A stretch of 64,000 nt of DNA, from assembly GCA_965276685.1 (NCBI GenBank), contig OZ255623.1, positions 1,935,642 to 1,999,641 of the forward strand, written 5' to 3'. Made by a program: the position numbers and the translations under genes. Positions 1-9,829 of the stretch are shown here, piece by piece (within the stretch, counting starts at the first letter, position 1; every line of letters begins with the position of its first letter). Origin of the DNA: Acidocella sp. Its GTDB lineage: Bacteria; Pseudomonadota; Alphaproteobacteria; Acetobacterales; Acetobacteraceae. The notes below the pieces were generated by a model. That model was not told where the DNA came from, ran no database searches, and saw only the letters and a list, made by a program, of their open reading frames with translations.

Positions 1-348
1 ATTTCTCGTGACCGGGACGCCGCCCGCTCCCGGAAACGGCTGATCGCGCATAACAGCCTGATAGCTAGCGAAGATCCCGGGCGCGAATTTAGCCATTCGC
101 GCGGCGAACCGCTGGCTAGGCTCTCCATTCACTGCAGTGCCGAACGCCTTTGCACGAACGAGCGGCAACGCACCTGGTGCGCAACCATCCATTCGCGCCG
201 CGCTTACTGGCGCTCCCGATGCGTCCATGACGATGAACGTTCCCACTTGCTGCAGCGCCTCGCATTTAGCGACCGCGCGATCCAACAGAACCCGGGCGCT
301 AGCTAGTGAAAGCGTGCCGGAATCTCTATATTGCGCCCAGCTTTGCAT
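1..348 (-). CDS. GlcG/HbpS-family heme-binding protein (DUF336), 3' end runs off the window
   Basis: Manual translation, not in the ORF track: MQSWAQYRDSGTLSLASARVLLDRAVAKCEALQQVGTFIVMDASGAPVSAARMDG...AKAFGTAV...GAGGVPV, which follows the GlcG pattern. No stop before base 1. Confidence 0.7.
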   Translation of the reverse strand, partial: MQSWAQYRDSGTLSLASARVLLDRAVAKCEALQQVGTFIVMDASGAPVSAARMDGCAPGALPLVRAKAFGTAVNGEPSQRFAARMAKFAPGIFASYQAVMRDQPFPGAGGVPVTRN

Positions 349-644
349 CGGACATAACCTTTTTAGATTGCAATCGGATATAAGGTTGCTTTGCAACCAG
401 TGTCAATAGCGCCGACATCACTCGCTCTCGGCCAGAAAGGACATCCGCCAAGGCAGCGTATAATCGCGTTGTCCTCGCGGGAACGCACGTCAGCGCCATG
501 CCGAATCATGCCGAGAGCCGTCAGCGTAGACGCGATCCAAACGAGCGCGCACGAAGCTGTTGATCGGCTCGCCGGTAATGCCACCAGCCCGGCTGAAATC
601 ACGATGGGAGTTACCATCGCTCGCGCTCTTCAATGTTCTGCACG

Positions 645-1110
645 CTACGCCACAATATTGCTGAGTGTCCCGATTCGTTCGATCTCAACTTCGATCCGGT
701 CGCCGGGTCGCATGAATACGGGCGGGGTGCGCGCATATCCAACAACAGACGGCGTGCCTGTGGCAATTATCTCGCCCGGCTCAAGTGTCATCGTTTCCGA
801 CAAAATCGACCAACGTGGTTGCGTCGAAGATCATGTCGCCGGTGTTGCTATCCTGCATCACCGCGCCATTAAGCCGTGCGACAATTCTCAGCCCAGTAGC
901 GCCCGGGACAGCTCATCGGGCGTGGCAAACTCCGGACCAAAAGCACTCGCACTGTCGAAGTTCTTGCCGATCGTCCATTGGGTGGACTTACGTTGATAAT
1001 CCCGTAACGTCCCATCATTGAAGCACGCATTATCCGGCGATATAGTCCAAAGCATCTGCCGTTTTAACGCCTTTCTCGGTTTTTCCGATAACGATAGGAA
1101 GCTCGGCTCG
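645..1110 (-). pseudogene. Fumarylacetoacetate hydrolase (FAH) family gene, C-terminal part with three frameshifts
   Basis: Minus-strand pieces in different frames: ELPIVIGK...ALDYIAG / ACFNDGTLRDYQRKSTQWTIGKNFD / [24 protein letters not shown] / [45 protein letters not shown]. Confidence 0.85.
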
Positions 1111-1526
1111 ATGCATTCAAGGACGATATTTCGCGTTACATGTGGCTTGATGTCCCGCTTGACATTGAGCAGGAGCGATTCGCCGGGCCGCTCAACACGA
1201 ATTCGTTATCGAACTCGCACCTCGCCATTTTGCGGGCGTAAGCGCCGCCCTGGCGGCCGGTCGGGATATTACAATGCGCGCCGTTGGATATCAGTTTTGC
1301 GGGTCCTTGGCATGAGCGCCGATGATGCAAAGCTTGTCAGAAAGTGACGGAACCGGAACTTGTTACCCGGCGGTTTGACAAAATCCCAGCAGCGGCCAGC
1401 GAGTCTCCGATAGGCACAAGAACAACTAACGCGCCGTAGCGCTGAGCGTCAGGCCCAGCTAGACCGGGATGATTTTAGAGGACAATTTAGACATTGAGGC
1501 AGATCACTTTACGATTCGGCCTGATG

Positions 1527-2564
1527 TCATCCCGCTACTAGACTAGAAAGCCCGAAGATACGCTCGGCATTCGCATGTGAAATGAGCCGTCGCTCTTCCT
1601 CGCTCAGCGTCGCAGATTTCAAGAAAGCGACTGCCTCTGCGTCGTCCTCATAGGGAAAATCCGCCGCGAACATGATCCGCTCCGGGCCGAGCATATCGAG
1701 GGATAACCGCAGCGCTGGCATGGAAGTGACACCGGCGGTGGTGATGTAGAAATTATTGAGAAAATATTCACTCGGCAGCAGCGGAAGTTTTTCCACGGCC
1801 CCGATCTTCACTTGCAGCAAATAGCGGTTGTCGATCCGCTGTAGCCAGAAGGGGATGCCCTCGCCCATATGACCAAGAATGATCTTGAGCTTAGGGAAGC
1901 GTTCGAACGCCCCGGACATGATGAGGCGCATGGCGTGCAGGCTGGTTTCCGCCGCGAAACCCCAGCCGGCAAAATATAGCCCGTAATCGAGATACGGGCC
2001 GACCATTGCTGGGGATGGCTCGCGCGGGTGCAGATAAAGGGGGAGCTGCGCTGCTTCCAGGGCTTCCAGCAGCGGCGCGAATTTCGGCAGGTCGAGATAT
2101 TCGCCGAAGGTGTGCGAATTGATGATGACGCCGCACAATCCGAGTGATTTGAAGCGGCTGATTTCCTTGGCCGCCGCCGCTGGGTCTTGCGGCGCCACCG
2201 CGCCGAGACCCGCCAAGCGCTTAGGGAAAGCCCGGACCGCTGTGGCCAGTGCGTCGTTCGAATCCCGTGCCAGGGCGGTCGCCAGATCGGGCTTGAAAAC
2301 CTGCACGCCCGGCGATGTGAGCGACAGAATCTGCATGTCCACGCCAATGCTGTCCATGTGGTCGATCCGGCCCTGCCCGATGTCGAGCAGCCGGCTGTGC
2401 AGCGTGGCGTTGGCGGGCGTCTCGGCAAGAATGGAATTTCCCATGGCTTTGAAGCCAGGTTCGCAATCGCTGCTGTGCAGCACGGGTTTCCAGGCGGCGG
2501 CGATCTCCGCGGTCACGAAGGCTTCTTCAACGGTAATGCATCTCGTCAAGCGGCGCTCCTCCAA
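1527..2564 (-). CDS. Amidohydrolase-2 family non-oxidative aromatic decarboxylase, LigW/5-carboxyvanillate decarboxylase-like
   Basis: EEAF N-terminal motif, DMQILSLTSPGVQ, INSHT, LYLHPR, LGHMGEGIPFW, FAADFPY match the LigW pattern. True start may be the TTG about 15 nt downstream (GGAGG RBS). Confidence 0.8.
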   Translation of the reverse strand: MEERRLTRCITVEEAFVTAEIAAAWKPVLHSSDCEPGFKAMGNSILAETPANATLHSRLLDIGQGRIDHMDSIGVDMQILSLTSPGVQVFKPDLATALARDSNDALATAVRAFPKRLAGLGAVAPQDPAAAAKEISRFKSLGLCGVIINSHTFGEYLDLPKFAPLLEALEAAQLPLYLHPREPSPAMVGPYLDYGLYFAGWGFAAETSLHAMRLIMSGAFERFPKLKIILGHMGEGIPFWLQRIDNRYLLQVKIGAVEKLPLLPSEYFLNNFYITTAGVTSMPALRLSLDMLGPERIMFAADFPYEDDAEAVAFLKSATLSEEERRLISHANAERIFGLSSLVAG

Positions 2565-2594
2565 ATTTTGTCCGTCTCTTTGAACTTTCCCATA

Positions 2595-2610
2595 AAAACT
2601 GTCCAGTTTT
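2595..2610. promoter_or_regulatory. Palindromic operator candidate upstream of the LigW-like gene
   Basis: AAAACTG-TC-CAGTTTT perfect inverted repeat about 30 bp before the start. Confidence 0.4.
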
Positions 2611-2927
2611 CGGGACCATTCTTAAATCGCGGGCAGCGCAGTCGGCGCTTTCATTCCGACAAAGAACGGTGTGAGTTCATTTATTTATCGATAACGGGGC
2701 CGGGCGCAGAAAAAGCGGGAGGTCAGCGGCAAAGCCTATTGGACGGCGATATCATCTCTCAGGGCGCGGTGCGCTCCGCTAGAGCGGTTTTACGCTGAGT
2801 GTGAGTATCCGAAGTTCTGTAGATAGAGCTTTTTTCTATCTTAGTGAAGCGATTTCCAAAACGCATCTGATCTGATTCATTCACAGCCGGCTCGCTGTCT
2901 GTTCGAGCGAAGAAAGGTTTTACAGAA

Positions 2928-3323
2928 TCAGAATCCAACGCGATCCGCTCCTTTTAGGTTCAACACTGCGCGGGCCTCTTCCGGCGTGGCAATTTCATGG
3001 TCGAGCGATTCCAATACCGCGCGGACCTTGCGGACCTGCTCGGCGTTTGAAGCCGCCAGGTGATGCGAGGCAGAAAGTCCATGAACAGCTTCGGGTCTGG
3101 AGAAGGCCGGCCGTCGCGTTGATCGCGCGCATGGAGATGCAGTATTGCCGGAGCTAAGGAACAGAATGCGCATCGGTTGCGTGTTCATCGAGGTTGGGCC
3201 GAACTTGGCAATTTCGTACGCTGCTTGGAGCAGCTTGTCGCTGACGGGGTCGGGACGCCACCCGTTTTGCGACTGCGCTTCCGTGAACAGCCTCGCAAGC
3301 AACACCTTATCAGTATCAGACAT
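2928..3323 (-). pseudogene. Deletion chimera: RutE-like nitroreductase N-terminus joined to two BKACE (DUF849) fragments
   Basis: RLFTEAQSQNGW...AKFGPTSMNTQPMR (nitroreductase), then in another frame AILHLHARDQRDGRPSPDPKLFMDFLPRI, then HLAASNAEQVRKV...IATPEEARAVLNLKGADRVGF*. The last two align to the intact BKACE at 11987-12916. Confidence 0.8.
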
Positions 3324-3578
3324 GCACGACTCCAGATTAGAATGAATTAAAGCTCACGCGACGAGCGCCTCGGCGAGCTTCTTCGTTACGCCCGGTTCGA
3401 TATCGTCATAAGCTGCTCATCTGGATCACATGAACGACGCCGTGACCCTTCACCGCCCCGATGTGCAAATGATCTGCATTGAACCCAATAAACCTTATTG
3501 TGCCGTCTGTCTCATCCCCATCACCGCAGCGCCGTGGCTTGCGGGTTCAATTGCCCTTAGGACGTCAAACATGTTATA

Positions 3579-4346
3579 TCAAACCTGGCCCGCGAGTGGG
3601 ACGACGCTTGCTGGCGCGTCGGCAGAGGGCGTGTAGGTGGCTTTAACCGCGGGCCGCTCGCGCATTCGTGTCAGCCAAGCGAGCGTGCGCTGCTTGCTAT
3701 TTCCCGCGCCGAGCACGTCGGGAAAATAAAACGTCACGCGGTCCACGTAGGGCAATAGGTCGATGTCTGCCAGGGAATAGATGTCCCCCATCAACCAAGG
3801 TCCTTCGCCGATACCAGCTTCAATCTTCTCGACAATCCGCGTCGCTGCCGCTCGCGCTTTATCGTGGTCCTCCGAGGAGAAGCTGTTGTCCGACGCTTTT
3901 CTCCATTGTTCGCGCCGCTCTGCCGTGGGTACGTTGGCGATCATATGTTCAAATTCTGTCGCGCTCATCTTCGACAGGAGTGGCTGATAATAGGCCCAAG
4001 TATTCGGCACGACTGCGGCCAGCCCATAATTGTCGGCAAGCTTGGTCCATAGCCGCATGCGTGCCAGTTGGAGCGGATCGTTCGGTCGCAACGGCAGGTC
4101 CGGAAATACGGCGTCGATATACTCATTGATCAGCATCGACTCGATGATTGGTTCCCCGTCATGCACTAATGTCGGAACGACCCCGTTGGGATTGATCGCC
4201 AGATATTCCGGCCGGTGATGCTCGAACTTACGCAGGTCCAGATAGTGGCTACGGTAGTCCAGTCCCTTTTCCGCAAGGCAAAGCCTCACCTTCTTTGAAC
4301 ACGTCGTTAAACCGGCATGAAAGAGTTCTAACACGGAATGTCTCAC
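3579..4346 (-). CDS. Glutathione S-transferase family protein, resembling LigF-type beta-etherases
   Basis: CSKKVRLCLAEKG, INPNGVVPTL, ES motif, ARMRLWTK, KMS..EFEH...NVP...QWRKA insert, YSLADI. Confidence 0.8.
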   Translation of the reverse strand: MRHSVLELFHAGLTTCSKKVRLCLAEKGLDYRSHYLDLRKFEHHRPEYLAINPNGVVPTLVHDGEPIIESMLINEYIDAVFPDLPLRPNDPLQLARMRLWTKLADNYGLAAVVPNTWAYYQPLLSKMSATEFEHMIANVPTAERREQWRKASDNSFSSEDHDKARAAATRIVEKIEAGIGEGPWLMGDIYSLADIDLLPYVDRVTFYFPDVLGAGNSKQRTLAWLTRMRERPAVKATYTPSADAPASVVPLAGQV

Positions 4347-4443
4347 CTAAGTTGGTCGCCAGATACGCGGCGAGCTAGATAGCCCCTAACGGCGTATGTG
4401 CTCTTGGAGTAGCTCGGCAGCTGATCAACGGCACGATCTTAGC

Positions 4444-4842
4444 CTAGATCAGTTTGAACCGACCCGTCGCCAGGCCCAGTTCAATCGTCATTTTGCCTTC
4501 GTTCACGAGCCATGGGCGAACACGATAGGTGCGCGCGCCGCTGGTATGCATTGGATCCTTCGCCGCGATGCTCTGCGCTTCCGCGAGCGAACCCGCACGA
4601 TAGACTACCAGCCCATCGCCCTCCCAATTCTGCTCATCGTCCGTCCAGTTAGGACCTGCCGCGAACATGATACCCTCGTTCTCGAGCTTTTCCTGAAAGG
4701 TGAGGTGCGTAGCGAGATTTTCCATTACCGGTCCGATACCGTTGGTCGGCATCGTGAATACGACGAATAACTGCTTGGCTAGGTAGCCGCGATTGCGACA
4801 TTCATTCACGATGGATTGGGCACTTACGGAGTCGTCAGACAT
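4444..4842 (-). CDS. YciI/YCII-family protein
   Basis: Conserved His (THLTFQ), AAGP, GLVVYRAGSLAEA and DP motif. Confidence 0.75.
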   Translation of the reverse strand: MSDDSVSAQSIVNECRNRGYLAKQLFVVFTMPTNGIGPVMENLATHLTFQEKLENEGIMFAAGPNWTDDEQNWEGDGLVVYRAGSLAEAQSIAAKDPMHTSGARTYRVRPWLVNEGKMTIELGLATGRFKLI

Positions 4843-5102
4843 CTTTCAAACTTTCTTTAAACGGAGAGCGTTCAAGTTCGGGAGCGGACGAACTAAAGCT
4901 CACAATCTGGATTAACTGAACATGACCTAATATGATCTTGATCGATTTTTGCCGGCTCGTCAATAGTGATGCGCGACTCCCGTCGACCTTGTCGCCAAGC
5001 TTCTTCGGCGCCCTACCCCACCCGGACGACCTGGTCCTGGGAAACATGGCTAGGGTGCCGCTTTTGTGCCTTTGCCTCGAGACGAGGTAGAACGGCACGG
5101 AC

Positions 5103-5134
5103 GACAATATCTGCGCGAGACAATATCTGCGCGA
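5103..5134. repeat. 16-bp perfect tandem duplication in a degraded region
   Basis: GACAATATCTGCGCGA x2. Confidence 0.9.
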
Positions 5135-5440
5135 GTGGCTTTCTGCGGAAAGTCCCGCGATCTCGTCTGTCGCCATCTGGAAGCTGACAGCAGCAGCGGC
5201 GATCTGCGCAGCAACGTCGACCGCCAACCATGGACGCCTCGCCTACAACAGGGCATCTCGTTATGCCTACTCGTTACGCCATCCTCCGACCAACCGCGCC
5301 AGCAAAAACGGTTCAAGTCTGATTGCCAAGTAGCGTCGGTCCTTTTTAGATCACGATTGTTTTGGGACAAGGGGTTGTTTTTCGTCATCGTAGACGACAA
5401 GATTGTTAAATCGGTCGATGCGGCCACGAAAGGACAAGAA

Positions 5441-6037
5441 ATGCAGTCTGGTCTCCGGGAGCGGCGCAAAGCCGAGAAGCTTACCGCCATCACCAGGGCT
5501 GCCCGCGAGCTGTTCATGACCCATGGTTTCCATGAGACGCCGATGCGAGAGGTGGCTAGGCTGGCCGATGTCGGGTTCGGAACTGTCTCGGCTTACGCCA
5601 CGGACAAGGCCGGGCTGGCCGCAATGTTGTTCGTAGAAGATCTTGAGCGCCTAGAGCCGGTCTTCACTGTCGTCAAGCCGGACGAACCTTTGCTAAACCA
5701 AGTGATAGATTATTTCTCGTTCACTTTCAGGTTCTGGGCGAACAAGCCGGAGTTGAGCCGGATCGTCCTTCCCAAGCTCGGCAATACCGATAACCCTTAC
5801 GTGGCCACTATCCTCAAGCGTCGGGCCATGTTGCGAGCCGCTCTGATTTCCTGGCTCTTTCAGGCTAAGCAGATGCGAATGATTTCGGCCAACTGCAACA
5901 TAGAGCAAGCCGCGGAACTGCTGTTCGCTTTGTACATCGGTTCCGTGAACGAGTGGCTGCGCTCGGACCTCGATGACGTTCAGAGCGGGATCGATCGGCT
6001 GCGCTATCTCATGGAAATCCCTATAAAGGCACTTTGA
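5441..6037 (+). CDS. TetR/AcrR family transcriptional regulator
   Basis: GLRERRKAEKLTAITRAARELF...GF..TPMREVARLADVGFGTV HTH. Start moved to ATG 5441 (AAGGA RBS); the longer track ORF is an upstream extension. Confidence 0.85.
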   Translation: MQSGLRERRKAEKLTAITRAARELFMTHGFHETPMREVARLADVGFGTVSAYATDKAGLAAMLFVEDLERLEPVFTVVKPDEPLLNQVIDYFSFTFRFWANKPELSRIVLPKLGNTDNPYVATILKRRAMLRAALISWLFQAKQMRMISANCNIEQAAELLFALYIGSVNEWLRSDLDDVQSGIDRLRYLMEIPIKAL

Positions 6038-6240
6038 GCGCATACGCGCCCGTTTTGATCATCTGAAACGGACATCGACCGCTTAGTGTCGCAATGTACT
6101 TAACGATGAGACGCGAATTCAGCTAAATCAATGATTTATAAGAATGGAAACATGAGACAAACTGACGTTAATGGTGAGAAATGACTCGCTTTGCAGTATT
6201 CAACGTGAGACGTTGAATTCAGCCACGTTGCGGTCACATA

Positions 6241-6495
6241 GTATGCGTCAGCCAGTGGCCGCGCTGTCTATGCGGCCAGCTTAACTTTCTGCTGTTTCCA
6301 ATTCCACGGCAAAAGTTCGCTGAGCCGATTTATGGGATGACCTTTGGCCATACGGTCGATTACATCTGCGAGATAGGCTTCGGGATCAAGTCCGTTCAAT
6401 TTAGCTGTTTCAAGAACGGTATAAAGAACTACGGCGCGCTCCCCCCGGCTTCTGAACCGAGGAACAGAAAATTTTTCCTGGTCAGGGCGATACCT
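6241..6495 (-). mobile_element. IS66-family remnant (TnpC C-terminus and degenerate terminal IR)
   Basis: GIALTRKNFLFLGSEAGG..VLYTVLETAKLNGLDPEAYLADVIDRMAKGHPINRLSELLPWN. GTATGCGTC at 6241 resembles the GTAAGCG IS66 end. Confidence 0.85.
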
Positions 6496-6690
6496 CTTAT
6501 CAGCTCTCCTGTGGCTAACCTATGTCCACGTGGCCTAGCACCTGCGGGCGCTTTCCCACAAAGGATCGAATTTCGGGAATGCGGGTTTGCTGCTACTTAT
6601 TGTTGTGGAGTGGTATTCCGTGACGGTATAGTGGTCAGCGCTGACAAGATGAGTGCTGTGAGCAGCAGTAGGATCTGAATGGTCCTCGTC

Positions 6691-7752
6691 TTACCGCTCG
6701 GCTTGGATCGCTGCAGCTATCATCCGCCTTGCGCGCAGCGCACCCGCATCGGCCGCCGCAGAGATCTCGCCGGCTAAGCTTCGTTCGCATATGATACGTC
6801 GCTCGATTGCCTCGACGGCGACCACGTCTTCGCCGCGCACGATCTGATCCGTTTCGAGGAAATGCGCGTCGTAAGCCGTGTCGCCGACACATACGTCGCG
6901 CGAGAAGCCAGCGAAATAGTGCGTCGAGGTCGGCGTCTCGGGTGTGACGCCGTGCAGAAAGCGGATCGTTCCGAGGCGCTTGTCGGGCTCAAGATAATGG
7001 CCCGCATGCCAGCAGTCGAAGCCGCTAACGAGCAGCGCTGGACTGAGCATCGTCGTAAGCGTGTCCGTGTCCAAACGCGGATCCGGCAAAGCATCGATCA
7101 CCGCCTCGCCGAACGCCCGTCGGTCGAATGGGGTCACCGGTGAGTTGCGCAGTTCGCGTATCACGCTGATCTCAGACCCGTTTTGACGAACCTCCGGCGG
7201 CGTCTTGAACATGATCCGGCTCTTGATGGAATTGCCGTGAATGAAGTTGAGATGGGTCAGATCGAACAAGTTTTCGATCAGCAGAGGATATCGCGCGTTG
7301 AGATGTATAGGCCCTTAAGTAAGCGTATAATATTCTGGTCCAAGTGCGGCTTGCTTATAGTCGGGGAGCGGCGTTGTCTCGGCCAAGGCGTCGTCGCCAG
7401 TCCAGATCCACACAAAGGGCGGCCGCTCGACGAGCTGGAACGTCCGTGTCCGGAAGCCACTGGGAAATTTCTCCTGAGATGGGATCGAGACGCATTTCCC
7501 AGCCCCATCGAACCGAAAGCGATGATAACCGCATGCAATGGTGTCCCCAATCAGTTCACCTAGCGCGAGTGGGTAAAGCCGATGCGGGCACAAGCCCATC
7601 AAGGCAACGGGCCGTCTTGCCTCGGTGCGAAAGAAGACCACCAACTCGCCTAGGATCCGTCGCTCGAGCAACGAGCGGCCGACTTCGTCGCTCAGTGCGC
7701 CGATCCACCACTGATTGCGCGGATATTCCAGACCGTTACCAAAGGGGTACAT
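6691..7752 (-). pseudogene. Rieske non-heme iron oxygenase (VanA/TsaM-like) interrupted by an in-frame TAA at 7315-7317
   Basis: CPHR...CGYH Rieske motif and ENLFDLTHLNFIH iron motif lie in the same frame, separated by one stop codon. Confidence 0.85.
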
Positions 7753-7855
7753 CTTGGTCTCCTGCCAAGCGAAGTTCCGGCCTAGATATCCCCTTGGGGG
7801 GTACTTGACGAACTGTTAGATACACCATGCTAACGAAAATTCCGATGGATCGTCG

Positions 7856-8769
7856 ATGCGTTTCCGCAATCTCAATCTTAACACCCTGGTCGCGCTCGAC
7901 GCCCTCCTCACCGAGACAAACGTTACGCGGGCGGCTGACCGCCTCAACATGGCGCAGACGACCATGAGCGGCATACTGACACGGCTGCGGGCTCATTTCG
8001 ACGACGCGCTGTTGGTGCGGTCGGGCCGTCACCTCGTTCCTACTGCCTTTGCCGAACGTATGCGCCATCCGGTCCGCAGCCTAGTCCTGCAACTCGATAC
8101 GCTGGCGCTCGGTCGTCTCGATGTCGAGCCGGCCTTGATGAGAGGAACCTATTCGGTTCTGGCGCTCGATGCCATCCACACCATCTTTCGACCCGCGTTT
8201 GCCGGCGTCTGGCATGTGAGGCACCGAACATCGCCTTGTCGCTCGTTCAGCTCTCCAGCTTCGCCGACAATCGCCGCCTTGCGAGCAACGATATCCAACT
8301 GGTCGTCGGTCCGTCCTTTGCCATCGATCCTAACCAGCCCTCCGTGAGCCGGTTCGAGGAGGACCTGGTATGTATCGCCTCACGCGACAACCGCACGATC
8401 GGTGATACGATCACCCTCACCGATTTTTTGGCAGCGAAGCACGTGCTGCCGCGCACCTTGGCAGTCAGCGGGTTCGAAAGCAGCGAGACGACGATGCTGC
8501 GCCTGATGGGTCATCCACGTCTTACCGGGGTCTCGACGACGAGCTATTTGCTCATGCCGGAACTCGTCGCAAACAGTGATTTTATCGCAACGATGCCGCG
8601 GCGGCTGGCAATGCTGACAAATCCGGCACTGAATTTACGTGTCCTTGAACTGCCCTACGATGTGCCGCCGATTTCGATCCATCTGCAATGGGATCGCGCC
8701 TCGGAAATGGATCCTTCCATTCGCTGGCTGCGCGCGCTCTTCATCGACGTTTCTCGCGAACTTAGGTAA
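7856..8769 (+). pseudogene. LysR-family regulator (NodD/MexT-like), frameshifted near 8200-8230
   Basis: LNLNTLVALDALL..NVTRAA..L...QTTMS HTH in one frame; substrate-binding domain ending LQW...DPSIRWLR in another. Confidence 0.85.
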
Positions 8770-9389
8770 CATCGGCAATCCGGACCGCGATGTCTACAAC
8801 ATCGACCGCCTGGTCTTCCACGAACGACGAACGCCATGGGATAGCCGCGCCCGGCGAAGGGCGCTTCCCGGCATCGGCAGCCGGAAGCGCCGCTTTCAAA
8901 CCAGACGAGAGGCGGACTACGCTTTCGCTGCCCCGCCGCCGGCACCACCGCCATGTTGATGTGGGCACCCAGCTCGAAGCCCCGATGCTGGCGCGGTTTA
9001 TGGACACCGACCGCGGCTTTTGTCGTCGCAGGGGGCAGGGCGGCTAAGCCCCGCCGCCTTCAATGCCCCATGAATCTCTTGAAACGCTCACGGCCTTCCG
9101 TTTCGGTGAAAGCCTGTTGGGCGTTAGGGCACTCGTTGCCCCCTGATCGAGCCGTCCCGGCGGCCTGCGACGATCCGTCGCGCTTCGTCGGGATGTGCCG
9201 CGAAATACTGCGTTCCGCGCGCCTCCGCCGGAGGTGTCGATTTCTTTCACGGTAGAGAACCTACCGGCCCAAGCCTCGCTTCTTCACCGGTGTCTGGAAC
9301 TTAGCGTGACTGTGCAACCCTTTACCTTTTTCTTCGAGTTTTTGCCAGTATTCTGCTTGTATCTCTGATTTGCCTTTCTTTTAAGCCTT

Positions 9390-9765
9390 TTGGGAAGGTG
9401 GTTGCCGGCAGGAGACCGGGGTACGCCGAGGCGTTTGAGCCTGGAACGAAGGGTGGTTCCCTGCCGGTAATCGGGCTGTTTATCCCGAACATTCACGAGG
9501 GTCACTGCAAGAGGAACCCGAATGTGCAAGCGCGGGTTAAGGCCCCTCTCATGGCGGAGGCTGCTATGTCTGTCGGCGTTGATGTTTCCAAAGATCGATT
9601 GGACGTTCATATCCGCCCTAGCGGCGAGGCTTTTGCGGTGGCGCGCAATGGCGATGGGCTTGAGGAGCTTTGTTCAAGGCTGCAGAAATTGTCACCTAAA
9701 TTGGTGGTGCTGGAAACAACGGGTGGGTTTGAGATTACTGTGGCGGCCGCCCTCGTCGCAGCAGC
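9390..9765 (+). mobile_element. IS110-family element remnant: structured 5' non-coding end plus truncated DEDD recombinase
   Basis: ATG 9566 (GGAGG RBS): MSVGVDVSKDRLDV...VVLETTGGFE. Coding similarity stops at about 9765. Confidence 0.8.
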
Positions 9766-9829
9766 CCACGAATTTGGCAATCTTGTTGTAGCATGCGCCA
9801 ACTTGTCGAGATGATCGTGATGGAGCGCA

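Noticed and set aside
363-617. 84-aa minus-strand ORF between the FAH remnant and the GlcG gene
   Set aside because: No recognisable motifs in any frame; may be a degraded gene but cannot be assigned.
391-996. 201-aa plus-strand ORF
   Set aside because: Antisense shadow of the FAH pseudogene; no family motifs.
1018-1347. Plus-strand ORF ending LRVLGMSADDAKLVRK, faintly like a TetR C-terminus
   Set aside because: Too short and weak to support a call.
4850-5300. Possible dehydrogenase remnant (LAQILSRADIVV)
   Set aside because: The motif is created partly by the 16-bp duplication; no other support.
8770-9300. Several short overlapping ORFs, one with a LysR-like DIAVRI word
   Set aside because: No coherent domain; treated as degraded DNA.
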